DNA of 63,989 nucleotides, filler included, from Trypethelium eluteriae (Eukaryota), in the NCBI GenBank assembly GCA_051942245.1. It is 3 parts of 3 records of this genome, joined end to end, with 100 filler letters (N's around TTAATTAATTAA, not from the genome) between each part and the next. Parts side by side here need not be neighbours in the genome. Positions count along the whole stretch, not along the records: positions 1 to 21,669 come from JAVECL010000466.1; positions 21,770 to 43,371 come from JAVECL010000467.1; 1 more part is not named here. One strand, given 5' to 3'. A program made the translations under genes and the position numbers. The first letter of the stretch is position 1. Every line of letters begins with the position of its first letter. The notes under the pieces were generated by a model, which was given only the letters and a program-made list of their open reading frames with translations, searched no databases and was not told where the DNA came from. This document shows, one piece after another, positions 12,319 to 25,005 of the stretch.

Positions 12319-14317
12319 ATGGCGACCGATACGCTCCGTACCGCCAAACGACGCAGGCTTGATCTCAACAATGATTCGAGTACACAACTAGAAGCCGGAG
12401 AAACACTCACCATTTCACCAAAGCCTCCCTCCCAAGGATATTTGATAGGATCAGGCTCTGAAACTGAGTCAGAAGTTGAAGATGATAGCAATATCTCCAT
12501 GTCTTCTGCTCGCCTCCGATCCCTAGATTGTGTAATAACACCTCCGGATAATGGCATGTCTCGAGTGGATGTATCTGCCTCGGTTGGTGTAAAAGAGTAT
12601 TCTGATTCTCCCATGCAACACGAGGTTTCTCCAGAACTTAAAATCATTTCTTCTCCCATCAAACTTACACACATTAAAGATCTTTCTCCTACCAAAAATG
12701 TGGATACAGTCTCTCTTTCAGACCTCCTTGGAGATCCACTTATTAAGGAGTGCTGGCAGTTTAATTACTTGTTCGATGTTGACTTCATTATGTGAGAAGT
12801 ATAGTGATCGCTACTGTACTATTACTGAACAATATATCAGGAGGCATTTGGACGAGGATACTCGAGGCCTGGTTCAAGTACGAATTGTTCATGGCCTGTG
12901 GAAAAAGGAAGATATAAATCGACTAGCGCTCGAGGTAATAATTGAAACTATGCTTCAAAGACAATTTTTTGACATCGCATCATCGTGACAGGAAGCAGCC
13001 CAACGATATGAAAATGTGCAGCTAATTACAGCTTACATGCCCGAACCCTTCGGAACCCATCATTCCAAAATGATGATCCTTATCAGGCAAGATGATCATG
13101 CACAAGTTGTAATCCATACGGCAAATATGATATCCCAAGACTGGAGAAATATGTGTCAGGCAGTATGGAGGTCTCCCTTGCTTCCATTGGATCCGACGAA
13201 GACGATGAAAAATCAGAGTCACCCTATTGGAAGCGGAGCGAGATTTCAAATGGATCTCTTGCAGTATCTGAAAGCTTACGGTAAAAAGCTTACAGATTTA
13301 TCAGACCAGCTGGTAAAGTACGACTTCAGTCACATTCGAGCAGCCTTCATAGCCAGCACGCCCTGCCGACAAGACCCGAAGGCGATAATACCATCGACGA
13401 CATCCTGGGGTTGGCCAGGACTCAAACAAGTTTTACAGCACGTTCCGAAGAGCGCTTCCCAGGACGGGACTCCCAATGTCAATGTTCAAGTATCTTCAGT
13501 TGCTACCTTAGACCGCACCGGTGACTGGCTCCAGAACTTTTTTAGCGTTCTGTCAGGGTCTAAAGTGGAATTTAGGTCGAAAGAAGTTCCGCCGAGTCTT
13601 GCTTTGGACAAGACGACACGACGGGAAAAGCCCAAATTCCATGTCATATTTCCCGTCGCTGATACAATTCGTCGTTCGCTGGATGGCTATGCTTCAGGTG
13701 GGTCGATACACTGGAAGCTCCAGTCTGCCGCCCAACAAGCTCAGTTAGCGTATTTCAAACCATATCTCTGTCACTGGGCACCTGACAGTTCATCAAGCCC
13801 TGGGTCTTCAGTGGGAACGAAAGTGGTATCGAAGGCATCAGCGGACAATCCTTACGATCCAGGACCGGGCCAATTGATGTTCCGAGAAGCAGGTAGACGA
13901 CGAGCAGCGCCGCATATCAAAACCTATATACGCTTCTCCGACTCATCCCAGACGAACATTGATTGGGCAATGCTGACGTCTGCTAATCTCTCGACCCAAG
14001 CTTGGGGAAGCTTGCCAGGAAAGAAAGACGGGAAGGTGAGGATCTCCAGCTGGGAGACTGGGGTTGTGGTATGGCCTGACCTACTAGGCCTGGAAAGGGC
14101 GATCAAGGAGGAACGGCAGAAAGTATCCATGGTACCGACTTTTGGGCAGGATGTACCAAGACATGAGCAGGTTGATATGATGACGAAGGAGGGAGCCGCG
14201 ATTATTGTTGGCCTGAGGATGCCGTACGATCTTCCACTTGTACCCTATGCCGACGAGGATGAGCCGTGGTGTGCAACAGCGGAGCATGAATTGCCAGACT
14301 GGAAGGGCATTTTCTAA
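12319..14317 (+). CDS. TDP1: Tyrosyl-DNA phosphodiesterase 1 (3 exons)
   Basis: Two HKN motifs (FGTHHSKMM...HTAN; APHIKTY...TSANLS), WQFNYLFDVDFIM, SWETGV, PYDLPL; introns about 12792-12840 and 12935-12991. Confidence 0.95.
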
Positions 14318-14800
14318 AGGGGCCCTAAGACATGTACGGACACATCTCCAATCGTGTCTTCCGAGCGTATCAAAAATCCAAACTTTCGACCAATAGTAAA
14401 GTTAACCTCTGCTCGAGAATTTTGCAAGACTCTATAGCCTCTTGGCAACAGCGCCTTCTCTTGATGCGCAGATGAGCGCCCGTTGAAGACCTTCTGCGTC
14501 CTCGGTGCGAAGACTTGGATTTTCAAGTGGAATTGTGAAATTTGATCTGCACCATCGTTCTCCTAAAGCTCGTATCAAAGACGATGTCACTAACTGATGC
14601 ATACGTAGGAGGCTCTGATGTTGCATCCGCGTCTCCTTCCCGATTCTTGAAGTGCCTGTCTGTCTAGATACCCTCGTATCCGAGCATCGAATCCTCGGGC
14701 ATGAATCTTTAACCGATTCTGCTCTTGTGCCTCACCCAACTCCACGGCCGCGCCCCAAAATTAATGCAGCCATTCTCGGATTTGTTGGTAACTGTAATTA

Positions 14801-16946
14801 TTAACGTGCAGCATTTATCTTATCTCCAGAGTAGGATAGCCCCACTTTTGGGTTACAAAATCCGAATATGGTGTCAAACAACCTCGCTACGTTTTCGGGG
14901 TTCACCACAAGGTGATGCTCGTCCTCAAAGATAAGCAACCCCGATTCAATTCCCTTCAACTGTAGCAGACTGAAAGCGGACAAGCCTCCTTCGATCGGGC
15001 ATCGAAAGTCTTTCTCAGTATGGACAATAAGGTGAGGTGTCTTCCATTCCCCAGCGAATCGGGCTGGATCGGCCCGGTCGAGAAGGGATTTGCTCTCGTC
15101 ACTCTCCCAAGGCAAGCCTTTGAAATCTTCCTGATAGAAGAAGATGTTGTCCCTTGCGAGAAAACCATTCGTAGAAAAGATTCCATTCATGGTGAAAAGG
15201 GCCTTGAATTCTCGACCGAAAGGCTGTCCCTGGATCCAGTTCGTCATGTAACCACCGTAGGACAACCCTCCGAGAATGGCCCGCGAAGTGTCAGCGCCTT
15301 CGACATTCTCCTTAATGTGTTCGAAAACGGCGACAATGTCTTTGTAAGGGCGTCCTGCCCAGTCGCCACGGACGTCATCGACGAATTGCTGGCCGTAGCC
15401 CGTGGAACCCGTAAACTGAGGGCAAACCACATAGTATCCTTGGGAGGCAAAGATCTGAGGGTTTAAATTGTAGTTGTTCCACGCATTCCAGAGAGCCATT
15501 TGTGGACCACCATGAATCAAGAAGCAGACAGGATACGATTTCGACGGAGAGAAGTCTGCAGGCATCATCACAAGGCTATGCACTTGGTAATCACCAGCTC
15601 CCTTCACAACGAGATCGGCAACCTGATTCTCCGAGAAGCCAAACTCTTTACCATTATCCGACAGAGAGGATATAGTCTCGATATGGGGACTGGACGAAGA
15701 CACATCGATCAGACGTAAGACACCATTATCAATAAAGCTAGTACTTGACGCCAGCACATGCCTTGGGCCACATGGGTATACCAGCTCAATCATATCCTGG
15801 CCGAAGATCTTGCGAGGTTGAATGCCTACCGCAGGATTTGTCTCTACGGTAAACAAGGACACCGCGCCGAACTCAGTGGCAAGTAGGAGAAGTGTATTAT
15901 CATTTTGAAAAGCAATTGTTTCGGCCGAAAGATCCCAGGTAGACGATCCATATTCGTTTTGCAGCAATTGCGAGTAGGTCGAGTCCGACGCAAAATCATT
16001 CCAGAGAATAATGTAAGGCTGATGTGCCTCAGCGCCATTCTTCTTGTTCTTCAAGAGAGCGAGTTTGCGCCCATCAGGTGATATCGTGGGTGACGATGTG
16101 GACCCTTTAAAGCCTGAGACGACGAGACGAGAGGTCTCGCCAGGAGGCTGCTTGAAGTCATGAAGCTTGACATAATAAGCATCGCTAGTAGTGTGAAAAG
16201 CAGGGCTTCTCCCGGGATCCATAGCGATGTAGACGATACCCGTAGATGAGACAGCAAAGTCGCCGCTGCCGCCGAAGACTTGCAAGGGGCGCTCAACTTT
16301 TTGAGCGTTGGATGCGTAGGCATTGTACACTGTCGTCAAAATATAACCTCCAGTAGAAGTCCGTTCAAGGCAAGCATAGAAGATAGCGCGACGCGTTGAT
16401 GTCGTCCAAGTATCCCAGTACCGCGCGACGTGCGAGGTGTAATATTTTGCACTGCTGTATTTGGCTGGAACATCAGCGGGATTGTGCACACTTCCGTCGG
16501 AATTCACCAGACCGGTGAATACAATGCCCACACGCTCTGGACTGAGGGACTGGATTTTCAAATCCGATACGGGACCTGGGATAACTCCAGCCACATAGAA
16601 TTCTTCCTTCTGCTGTCGGTTTCCAACGAAGACACTGGTATTGCCAGACTTCTGCGCAGCTAACCAGGCGATGTTGTCATCTTCGTCAATCCACTCAGCA
16701 GCACTGATTTTCTCATCCTCCGAGATGGTCGTAGTCAATCTACTCGTTAGATCGATCACCTCCAGCTTAACGGACAAGGAATGATCTCTAAGATTGTACG
16801 ACGACGTCGTGAACAAGGCATGACTCGCAGTCTTATTCGGTATCGCGCTTGATCGTAACGGGGCTTCTATATAAGCTCTGGAAGAAGGATGAGATAGCGC
16901 ATTCAAGTCGCAAACGTAGGTTTTACCTCGGCGTAAAGCTCGACAT
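14801..16946 (-). CDS. S9 family dipeptidyl peptidase V-like / acylaminoacyl peptidase, no signal peptide
   Basis: Likely ATG at 16946 (MSSFTP|R-AYIEAPLRS after an intron). IHGGPQ, TGSTGYGQ, GxSYGG (GLSYGGYM), KDFRC and DEHH catalytic motifs. Confidence 0.88.
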
Positions 16947-17531
16947 GCTGTCACCATGAAATGTGTGTGGACCGGGATTGGAATGATGGAACGAGGGACT
17001 TACCGTTAAGAAGATCGTTCAATCTGAACGATTAAAAAGATGTTTATGCGATCCGGCGCTTAAAGGTATCGTAGCGCCTCGGGAGAAGGATTCCTGAAAT
17101 TAGGTAAGTATTCGCTCCTCAAGCTAGTTACCGAGTCAATGTGACTCAGTGAGAAACCGAGTCTAAAAGTCGTCTGCAATCCTTATATCTCGAAAGCGTA
17201 AAGGCGATGTCTCTATGCTATTTCCCTCTCACCACTGTTGCCTAATTGAAGCCTGCACCCACAGTATGCCACACCCATTCGGCGTTGTGAGAAACTTAAA
17301 GCAACACCCCAAGATGTCTCTTTCAATACAGATCCTACCCATCATGTTTGCGACCATGCTCGTCATCGAAGCGACGTCCTACCTTTCCTTGACGTCTTTT
17401 AATATCTTAAGGCCTTTGTCTTGGGTCGGCCTGCATTTCCAATATCCGTCTGGCTGCCGAATCAGGATTGCTCTCACTAGCTACTGATGCTTACGACGTC
17501 CGCGACATCAAATACGACCCTTGCGTTGTCC

Positions 17532-18548
17532 ATGTCTTCGTATCCCAAGCGCAAGCGCGCTCAGGTTTCCTATACAGAGCTCGATTCTGACAACGGTGAA
17601 CATGGCCCATCGGAGAATCACGTAGCTTTGATCTCACCATCAAAGAAGGTATTTGAATGCAAATTAAACTTTATTTATTTGGTCAGGCTGACTCTAATAC
17701 GTCTTCAGAGGCCCAAGAAGTTGGTGCAACCACTTCCAAAGCATAAGATCTTCCCTTTCATGGACCTACCTAGAGAGTTACGGGACGAGATCTACTGCGA
17801 ACTTCTCACCGACTCGAAAGGCATATATCTCGCCAACGAAATGCGGGGTATTCGTCGAGTAGTGAAGCAAGATAATCGGGAAATTGTACATGAGCCGTGG
17901 TGGAAAAAAGACAGACGGTATGATAACCGCCCATGCTATACGACGTATACGATCAAGTCTATGGAGCGCCAGGAACTCGCCACCCACTTCCTGGCCGTCA
18001 GCCACGTAATCAAATCTGAGGCTGAGCCATGGCTATATAGCGACAACAGGTTCATTCTCGAAGACACGGTTGCCTTGCATGGCTTTGTCATTACTCTCAC
18101 GCCTTCTACCAGGGGTCTTCTCAGGCGAATCACGATCTTGGGTTGGGGGTGGACTCAGATGCGCAAGCCAATGAATTTTTCAGCGTTCAGTACCCTTGCT
18201 GAAGGCGGAGTGAATCTCCGTTCGCTGCGATTTGACTGCGACCTGAGATGCGTTTCCACTTCGGATTTGGGCCGGAAACTCGCGAAGCTGCTTTATCGCA
18301 GTTGCTTCCTCTGGTTGGAGGCCATGGCAAGGATTCGAGGCGTTGAAGATGCGTTGGCAGTACTGGATCTGACGGTGGAGAATCTGAAAGAGACTCCAAA
18401 GCAGCTATGGAATCAACAGTTGCAGAAAGGGGAGAGCCAACCACCGCCTTCACCCGAGGAGGTCTTGCAGGTGTTTAGGAGACAGCTGAAACAGTATCTC
18501 GGAGTTAAAGAGGCTAATGGCAGCGGTAAAGGACATGGGAAAGTCTAA
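17532..18548 (+). CDS. F-box-like (FPFxxLPxELRxxIY) hypothetical protein, one intron about 17649-17709
   Basis: MSSYPKRKRAQVSY basic N-terminus; IFPFMDLPRELRDEIY; FLAVSHVIKSEAEPWLYSDNRF pattern typical of fungal F-box-like/2EXR-type proteins. Confidence 0.65.
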   Translation: MSSYPKRKRAQVSYTELDSDNGEHGPSENHVALISPSKKVFECKLNFIYLVRLTLIRLQRPKKLVQPLPKHKIFPFMDLPRELRDEIYCELLTDSKGIYLANEMRGIRRVVKQDNREIVHEPWWKKDRRYDNRPCYTTYTIKSMERQELATHFLAVSHVIKSEAEPWLYSDNRFILEDTVALHGFVITLTPSTRGLLRRITILGWGWTQMRKPMNFSAFSTLAEGGVNLRSLRFDCDLRCVSTSDLGRKLAKLLYRSCFLWLEAMARIRGVEDALAVLDLTVENLKETPKQLWNQQLQKGESQPPPSPEEVLQVFRRQLKQYLGVKEANGSGKGHGKV

Positions 18549-19087
18549 GGGAAAGAAGAGCAAGAAGACTACGGAGGACGAGGCATGGTAAGAAGTTGAA
18601 GGCGAGCAGACACCGTGAAAAGGTCTCAAGGATGTTATTGCAAGCTCTTCCACTTGGCTCCGCAGTCAACAGCATATTTATGTCTTTCGATATCCCTCTG
18701 TATCCAGCAGTCCGTACTTGTGTCTTCCTCCCTGCTTTGTCTTTTTCGCATTATGGCGGATTATCTTATCATGCTTTACCATTGCATCTCCCCGGATCTC
18801 CAATATAGCCTGCTCCATGTAGGGTATTCTGATATGCAAGTATACCTATTCACAGACCTTTCATTCAATTGAGTGTACCCAAATGTTGAAACCCTCTCTA
18901 ACATGACCCATTTCGGTCTCACCGTAGGAAGTCTGGTATTCTCCAAGTTCTACGACTGATCACAAAGTACACAGAACAAATGTTGCACATAGATAATCTT
19001 CTCTTCAAAGCCTCGGCAGTGACAAAGGCCGAAGAATCATTAAAGGTACACCGGCATGTATTTGTTGGACCACCCGTGTTGTCATTC

Positions 19088-19451
19088 CTAACCCTTGAAA
19101 CCATATTTCTGCTTCAAGCTCCCCACAAGCTCGACATACTTCTTCTCCGCATCCGCTTTGGTAACACCCTCGCTGACAAACTTCTGCCATTGATTGTACT
19201 TCGCCTTGCCCTATCAGTTTTCGAGGTAGCCCGCACGTCAGCAAAGATCAATCTCATTTCCAGCACCTTTCTTTCCTTCCCCGGAGGACTCGGCTCACCT
19301 TCAAGTCAAACATGCCTGGCTTATCGGCGTTCTCGATGTTTTCGCCATTGGCAATCTTGTAGAGGCCGTAAAGCTCGAGCAATTCATCGTTCGAGGGCTG
19401 GGAGTTAAGGTTTTTGACGTCGGTGGCGGCCTTCTGGAAGCTGGTCGTCAT
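19088..19451 (-). CDS. ACB1: Acyl-CoA-binding protein (2 exons)
   Basis: MTTSFQKAATDVKNL...PSNDELLELYGLYK...KPGMFDLK|GKAKYNQW...AEKKYVELVGSLKQKYGFKG, stop 19088-19090. Confidence 0.95.
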
Positions 19452-20648
19452 GATGGCGGAAATGGAGGTGGAGCTGATGTATATTTGACTCGGGGCCTTA
19501 GAGGGAGAGTCACGATAGAAATGGAAGGATGGAAGAAGCAGGACAGAATAGGTCGAGGGCCTGGTAGGTTTCTATGGAGTTTCGAGGATGGAATAAATGG
19601 CGACTGCACTTCAGGAGTCTCCACCGCGTGGGGTTTTGGCGGGGGAGGGGACCTTGTCCAGTGACGTATGATCGATGCTGGCATCCTCCTACTGCAGCAC
19701 ATGCCTGACTGCTTCGCACGACTATTTCACGCTTCATCAATCTCAGCTTTCGGGAAGCCGACATGATGTAATTAGCATGATCCCCTTCTATTTCACCTCT
19801 GCCTTGATCCATGGATCATGAAATATGTTAGTTGAGGCTCGGTCGTGTCATTGACCTTGACAATGCGAAGCTCAACAGGCTTTTCCCCAAGTGGAACAAC
19901 GACCGACCTTATGCTAGCCACATTATACAATCCAATGAATTAACGAAGAAGACCCAGTACTTTGCATGCAGTATCCTCTTCATCCAGATACAGATGGTCC
20001 TCTCTCTGCGAACGAGTGCCCTTGCAGACTTTCCGCTACCTCTTCTCCGACCATGGGTCTTCGCACACCTCTTCCCTCACCCATCAGGCACGTTGATGTG
20101 GAATAGCGGACCCATCTTGATAGCGGAAAGAATCTCTCTGGTACCGTATTTGATGAACTGTGGATTAGACCCACATCTTACACCATTCGATCACACGCCT
20201 TTTACTCAATTCAACGCGGTACCTTCTCAGTAGACTTGATTAAGAGAATTAGGTCAAGCTAGTGAATCAAATGTGTGGAAACAGGTGGGCTCATCCATCC
20301 ATTCCTTGCCTTCCTACCATTGTCATCATCCAATTCCTCTTCAACACCCAGACAGCTGGAAATGTATCCATTCTGGCTCCTCAGCCTGATGGCCCAAAGT
20401 AGTCCATGTGCGCAATATCCTTCAGACTCCTCTCTTCATCTTTTACTACCAATCACAGATTTCTCTATATATTATCTTTCACACGAGTGTCTATTGCCAC
20501 ACAAATCTTTACCTGAGGAGAAATCGGCCGGCTGCTATCTGGAATGGTTATTCACAAGTACTCAGGCCAGCCAACGCTACTAGCGAAACCACAATCGCTT
20601 CATGTGGTCCGCCAACAACCGACCGGTGCCCTTACGGAAGGAGTAGCT

Positions 20649-21669
20649 ATGAGTGAGACTGTCGGCCGGCCCGAAAGCTTGGTCAGTAGCGATACTGAGT
20701 CCATAGCAAAAGAGCACACATGGCCACGAAGCCTCCGCCCAAACCTGTGTCTTATTGGTTGCTTCTTTCTAATGTTTAACAGCTGGGGTCTGGTTAACTC
20801 CTATGGATCTTTTGCATCATATTACAAGGAACATCTTCTGGCAAATAGGGATATCCTTTTAATCAATCTCATTGGATCTACGCAAGGCTGTTTTCTGCTT
20901 TTATTCTCCGTCATCGTTGGCAGAATTCTTGATGCTGGTCACATCAGGAAAGTCACTGCATTGGGTGCGATATTAGTGCCATTAGGTCTGTTCCTGCTAA
21001 GTGTTGTCAATGGAAAAGCCGCCGATGATGGGTCTGAACCGGGACAGGGTAACTATTTTCTAATCTGGCTTACGCAAGGACTTGTTATGGGCCTAGGAAT
21101 GACATGCTTCTATGTGACGAGTTCGCAAGGTCAGCAAGATCTCTGCCGCCCATACTTGATTGTATATAACAAGAAATAGTCGTGGCTACATGGTTCATCC
21201 ACAGAAAGTCTCTCGCTATTGGAATAGTCGCCTCGGGATCGAGCATATGTGAGTGTATAGAAGTTCTTCGGAACTTATTCTATCACGATAATATCGGAAT
21301 TAGTACTGACCACCTCATAGCTGGCTTAATTTATCCAATCATGGTGAAATACCTCATCGGAATCCAGGGGTTCAACGTTGGTGTAAGATACACTGCTTTA
21401 TTAACAGTGGTAACTTCACTTTTTGCATTCCTCGTAGTCCAGCCAAGTCCTATGCATCAATTCCGCAAACCACCTCAAGGATGGTCAAGCTTATCAGTCT
21501 GGATCGACATTCGTGCGATGCGTAATCCCACCTTCGTCTGGTACATGGCCTCAACATGCTTCATGTTCTTCGGCTTCTTTGCTGTCTTCTTTAGCATTGA
21601 GGAGGTACGTCCCTTCTCCCTTTTCCCTCCTCCTCTCCCCTTCCCCCGTCCCTGTTCCCCGTTCCCCCT
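20649..21669 (+). CDS. MFS monocarboxylate (MCT/MCH-like) transporter, 3' end lost at the assembly gap
   Basis: FNSWGLVNSYGSFASYY, IVGRILDAGH, TQGLVMGLG, ATWFIHRKSLAIGIVASGSS; several GT-AG introns; runs into the N gap. Confidence 0.85.
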
Positions 21670-21769
21670 NNNNNNNNNNNNNNNNNNNNNNNNNNNNNNN
21701 NNNNNNNNNNNNNTTAATTAATTAANNNNNNNNNNNNNNNNNNNNNNNNNNNNNNNNNNNNNNNNNNNN
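21670..21769. other. Artificial contig-joining linker (N44-TTAATTAATTAA-N44)
   Basis: 100-nt N run with a central palindrome that places stop codons in all six frames; identical to the one at 43372-43471. Confidence 0.97.
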
Positions 21770-22043
21770 GGGGAAGAGGGAGGGGATATTGAAGACGCGC
21801 GGTAATTAAGCTTCTGGCAATGATATTAAATCTTGATGGGTCGTAGAAAAGCAAATAATGGGTATGTTTGAACGATTGCGATTTCATTCTGCTGATGAGG
21901 CTAACAGCACTTCGGCTAAGAGGTCATCCTACTTGCAAAATCGCCCAAAGCGATCAGTTTTCATTGAATTTGTCACAGCCGGAGCACCAATCTTCTCTTC
22001 ATAGACTCCTCTCCAGGTCGTTCGAAATGGCTTAAAAGCCTTC

Positions 22044-22940
22044 ATGTTCGGATGCAACCTCCAATCGCATCCTCTGAACGAGGACTTCCACGTCCCCGAC
22101 GAAGTTTGCCCTAGTGACCGCTCTCCCCAAGCGATTCCAGGTAACTTCAGCAGTGTGTGGGTTCAGTGCGATTTGCTCGAGAAAGGGGATCAGCATTCTC
22201 AGGCTTGCGCTAAGAAGTCGCACAATGGAGACCCCGCGAAGCGCCTTGCGATTCGCTTCAGATACAGATCGAAAGAAAGCGGCCAAGTAAAGGAAGACTG
22301 GTGTAAGATGGAGATTAATTCCGATATGAAAAAGCTCAACTCGTTGGTGGACTTCCTTGACGGGGAGGATGAGGAGTATACTGCAAAACAGCCTCGACGC
22401 TTCCTTGCACAGAAGAAGGGTAGGAATAGAAGACTGGCGATGTATACGTAGGATTTCAAGATTCCATATTGCCTCAGGTCGAGGACAACTACAGTCGCGC
22501 CTCATGCCAACGGTATCACTACCGACGTAAATCAAGTTGACTAACTCCAGACTCACGTGAAAATCTGTTCCCTCGAGCATGCGAACGTTCTCACTCAAGT
22601 CGGGGCTCAGGGCGAAGAGAACGACCCGAAGTGCTATGCGATGTCGCCTTGGCTGGATTTGGCTGAGAAGGATGCTAAAGACGGCATGGAGATTGCGAGT
22701 GCGATTGAATGCATGCAGATGTGCTGAGCTAATTCGAGGCTTTCTGCATGCGAAAACCAAAATCAGGAGAGGACTGAAGCTCATTTCTATGCTACTTGGA
22801 GCCTCTATGTAAGCTCCTTTAAGGTAATTAGGAAGGTTGAAGAGAAATCTGGGGGAACCTAGAATCAGCAAGATGGATAAAATGACATTATCGGTTCTCT
22901 GGACAGTAATATTATTTATCTTCAGACTTGAATTCACAGC
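22044..22940 (+). pseudogene. Decayed gene of unknown family
   Basis: The plus frame of the 22044-22451 ORF continues with protein-like sequence through several isolated stops (AMYT*DFKIP..VD*LQTHVKICSLEH..MQMC*ANSRL). The 301-aa minus ORF looks like its antisense shadow. Confidence 0.4.
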
Positions 22941-23054
22941 GCTCGTACAGCTGTGGAATGTTTTTACTCACACAAAATTTTAAAATGGCCCAGAAAAAAG
23001 TGGGCGTTAATATTGGAGATACTTAAGTACTGCTTCCATATGCCGTAATCATAT

Positions 23055-23761
23055 TTAGGAAAGCGCGACGGGCTGCCGTAAATTTTTGTGTAAATCTTTC
23101 CATGATTGATATAGATATTCTTCAAAAAAGACTCCTTTGTTAAATCGGAGGCGGTAGCTCAGCGGTAAGGATCCCGCATTCCATGAATTAAATTTCATTC
23201 TAATCCGTCCTCGTATAGGTAGAGTATGGGATTGCAGTGCGATTATTACCATCCTATGGTCAGGAGTTCGAACCTCCTTCGCCTCTTTCTTGGATTTTTT
23301 TTCGTCCATTGCCCAAAGCCTATTATTTTCTGTATATGTGTCCAAATTTTTGCAGGAATCAATCTTGTAAAAGTACCCTGAGTCCAAACTTTATTGTTGC
23401 GGCAAGGTTTGTAAACAAGATATCCCTAAGGTAAACGATGCACTTCTTATGTTAATAAAACAACAATCCATTAAAGTCAGAATGTGAACATGTTTATATC
23501 AGAGTGGAGCTTTTTGCTCTACAATCAATTCAGTTACACGCGGTTATTCAATTGTTCATAATATTTAACTTTAATAATTGGTAGAAGAGCCAAGCCTTGC
23601 AGGGAGTTTCTCTTCTGGTATATATAATTTCCGTCTTCCTCTCTAAATAGAACAAGCCCATTTAATTTACATATGTTATTCCATTCCTCAGAGACTTGTA
23701 CCGTCGTTGGGACGTTTGTTGTTGCCCACTCTGGCAACCTCTCCACTATGCCCTCAATCAA
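23055..23761 (-). pseudogene. AT-rich fragmented ORFs, probable decayed gene or element
   Basis: Two collinear minus-strand ORFs (75 and 110 aa) in locally AT-enriched DNA; no recognisable family. Confidence 0.3.
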
Positions 23762-24050
23762 TGATGTGTCTAACTACATCTCTGAGCTTGGAGCTCAGAA
23801 CTCAGCACTACATCTATCAACTGTTACATTCCGAGGGCGTTCGTCTAGTATGCTGAGCGCCTAAGTCCCTAATGCAGACGTCATCACTGTCGAGGTTCCA
23901 ATATTCGGCCCACTGTCACTTCCTCACACAATAGTCGCGTAAACTTGACAATAATTCCTAGAGGGTGGTTTGAAAATGTATGGGTTCCAGAAGCAGGTTC
24001 TGAGCACAGTCACTTAAGCCTAGACAACATTTGGGCATTGTATACACAAG

Positions 24051-24085
24051 TCTGAGCACGGCTGAGTACAGCTAAGTAGAGTATG
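24051..24085 (+). repeat. Fragment of the GCTGAGC-rich repeat family
   Basis: ctgagcacggctgagtacagctaagtagagtatg aligns with ctaagcgcagctgagcacagctgagcagagcata at about 52794-52827. Confidence 0.5.
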
Positions 24086-24402
24086 TATTACACTGTGGCG
24101 GAGGCTACATCAAGGCGAAAAACTCTGTTGTTCTATATAGCTACAGCTGACTATTTAATGACCTCGGAAATTAAAGAGATGAACCCTCTAAGGTGGTCTA
24201 TACCAATCCGGGCAAGAATCTACAACACCAATGACGAGCCAATAGGAGCTATGAAGAAGCTGACGAAGATCCAGATCATCGCAAAGCCAGTCGCGCTTGT
24301 GAACGGCAACGACGAATTCGTCACCTTACCCGTAGAATACTGAGAAACTCTTCCAGGCTCTTTAAAAAGTTGTGCATGGCGCATGGCGCTTCCAATGGAA
24401 GG

Positions 24403-25005
24403 CTAGCCAGGAACATTCCTCTCATCATGCTCGATAAAGCCGCGCACATCACCGTCGAAGCGCTGAGACGCCATCAGTGTCCGCGTCGGAGGTTGTAGAA
24501 TCGTATCCCTCAAATTCGGTATCTGCAACGGCTCACTCCTGATCATCTGCTGTAGCTCAAATCCTGTCGTTGCCGAGCCACGGGGTGGTTCCTGGTGACG
24601 GTTGCTACCACTGGCGCCAATTGCTATAGGGCTGCAATTGCAGCATACATGAATGGAGCGGTATGTGTGCCAACCGACCCACAGATCATGCAGAATAGGA
24701 GCCTCCTCATCGTGTCCGTGTCTATCAAGGCGCTCGCGTCGACCTCTGTAAACAGTATAACCAAGCATGAGGACGGCGACTAAGAAGGCTGGGATGGAGA
24801 TGGCAATTGCAAGGGCAATTTGGCCACCTTTACCTAGGCTAGATGGAGGAGGTGAGGGTGTCGATGATGGGACTAAGGTCGACGATGTGAAAGCAGCCGG
24901 CGTGGTCAAAGTTTCCGCCCACGAGAAGGCGTTGGGCGACAGAGAAGTCGCTGCAAGTAAAAAAACGACTGAAAATAAGCTATGATTCGGGATGTTATAC
25001 ATCAT
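24403..25005 (-). CDS. Single-pass membrane protein (signal peptide, Ser/Pro/Thr stalk, TM helix, cytoplasmic tail); paralog of 31941-33064
   Basis: Hydrophobic N-terminus; TPSPPPSS stalk; GGQIALAIAISIPAFLVAVLMLGYTVY TM followed by RGRRER; tail GHDEEAPILHDLWVGWHTY...CCNC. Confidence 0.65.
   Translation of the reverse strand: MMYNIPNHSLFSVVFLLAATSLSPNAFSWAETLTTPAAFTSSTLVPSSTPSPPPSSLGKGGQIALAIAISIPAFLVAVLMLGYTVYRGRRERLDRHGHDEEAPILHDLWVGWHTYRSIHVCCNCSPIAIGASGSNRHQEPPRGSATTGFELQQMIRSEPLQIPNLRDTILQPPTRTLMASQRFDGDVRGFIEHDERNVPG

Noticed and set aside
21714..21725. TTAATTAATTAA palindrome as a biological motif
   Set aside because: Centred in exactly 100-nt N spacers twice; it is an assembly linker.
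22032..22937. 301-aa minus-strand ORF as a real gene
   Set aside because: Non-ATG start, and its Leu/Ile/Phe/Arg-rich composition is typical of the antisense of an acidic, lysine-rich plus-strand (pseudo)gene.
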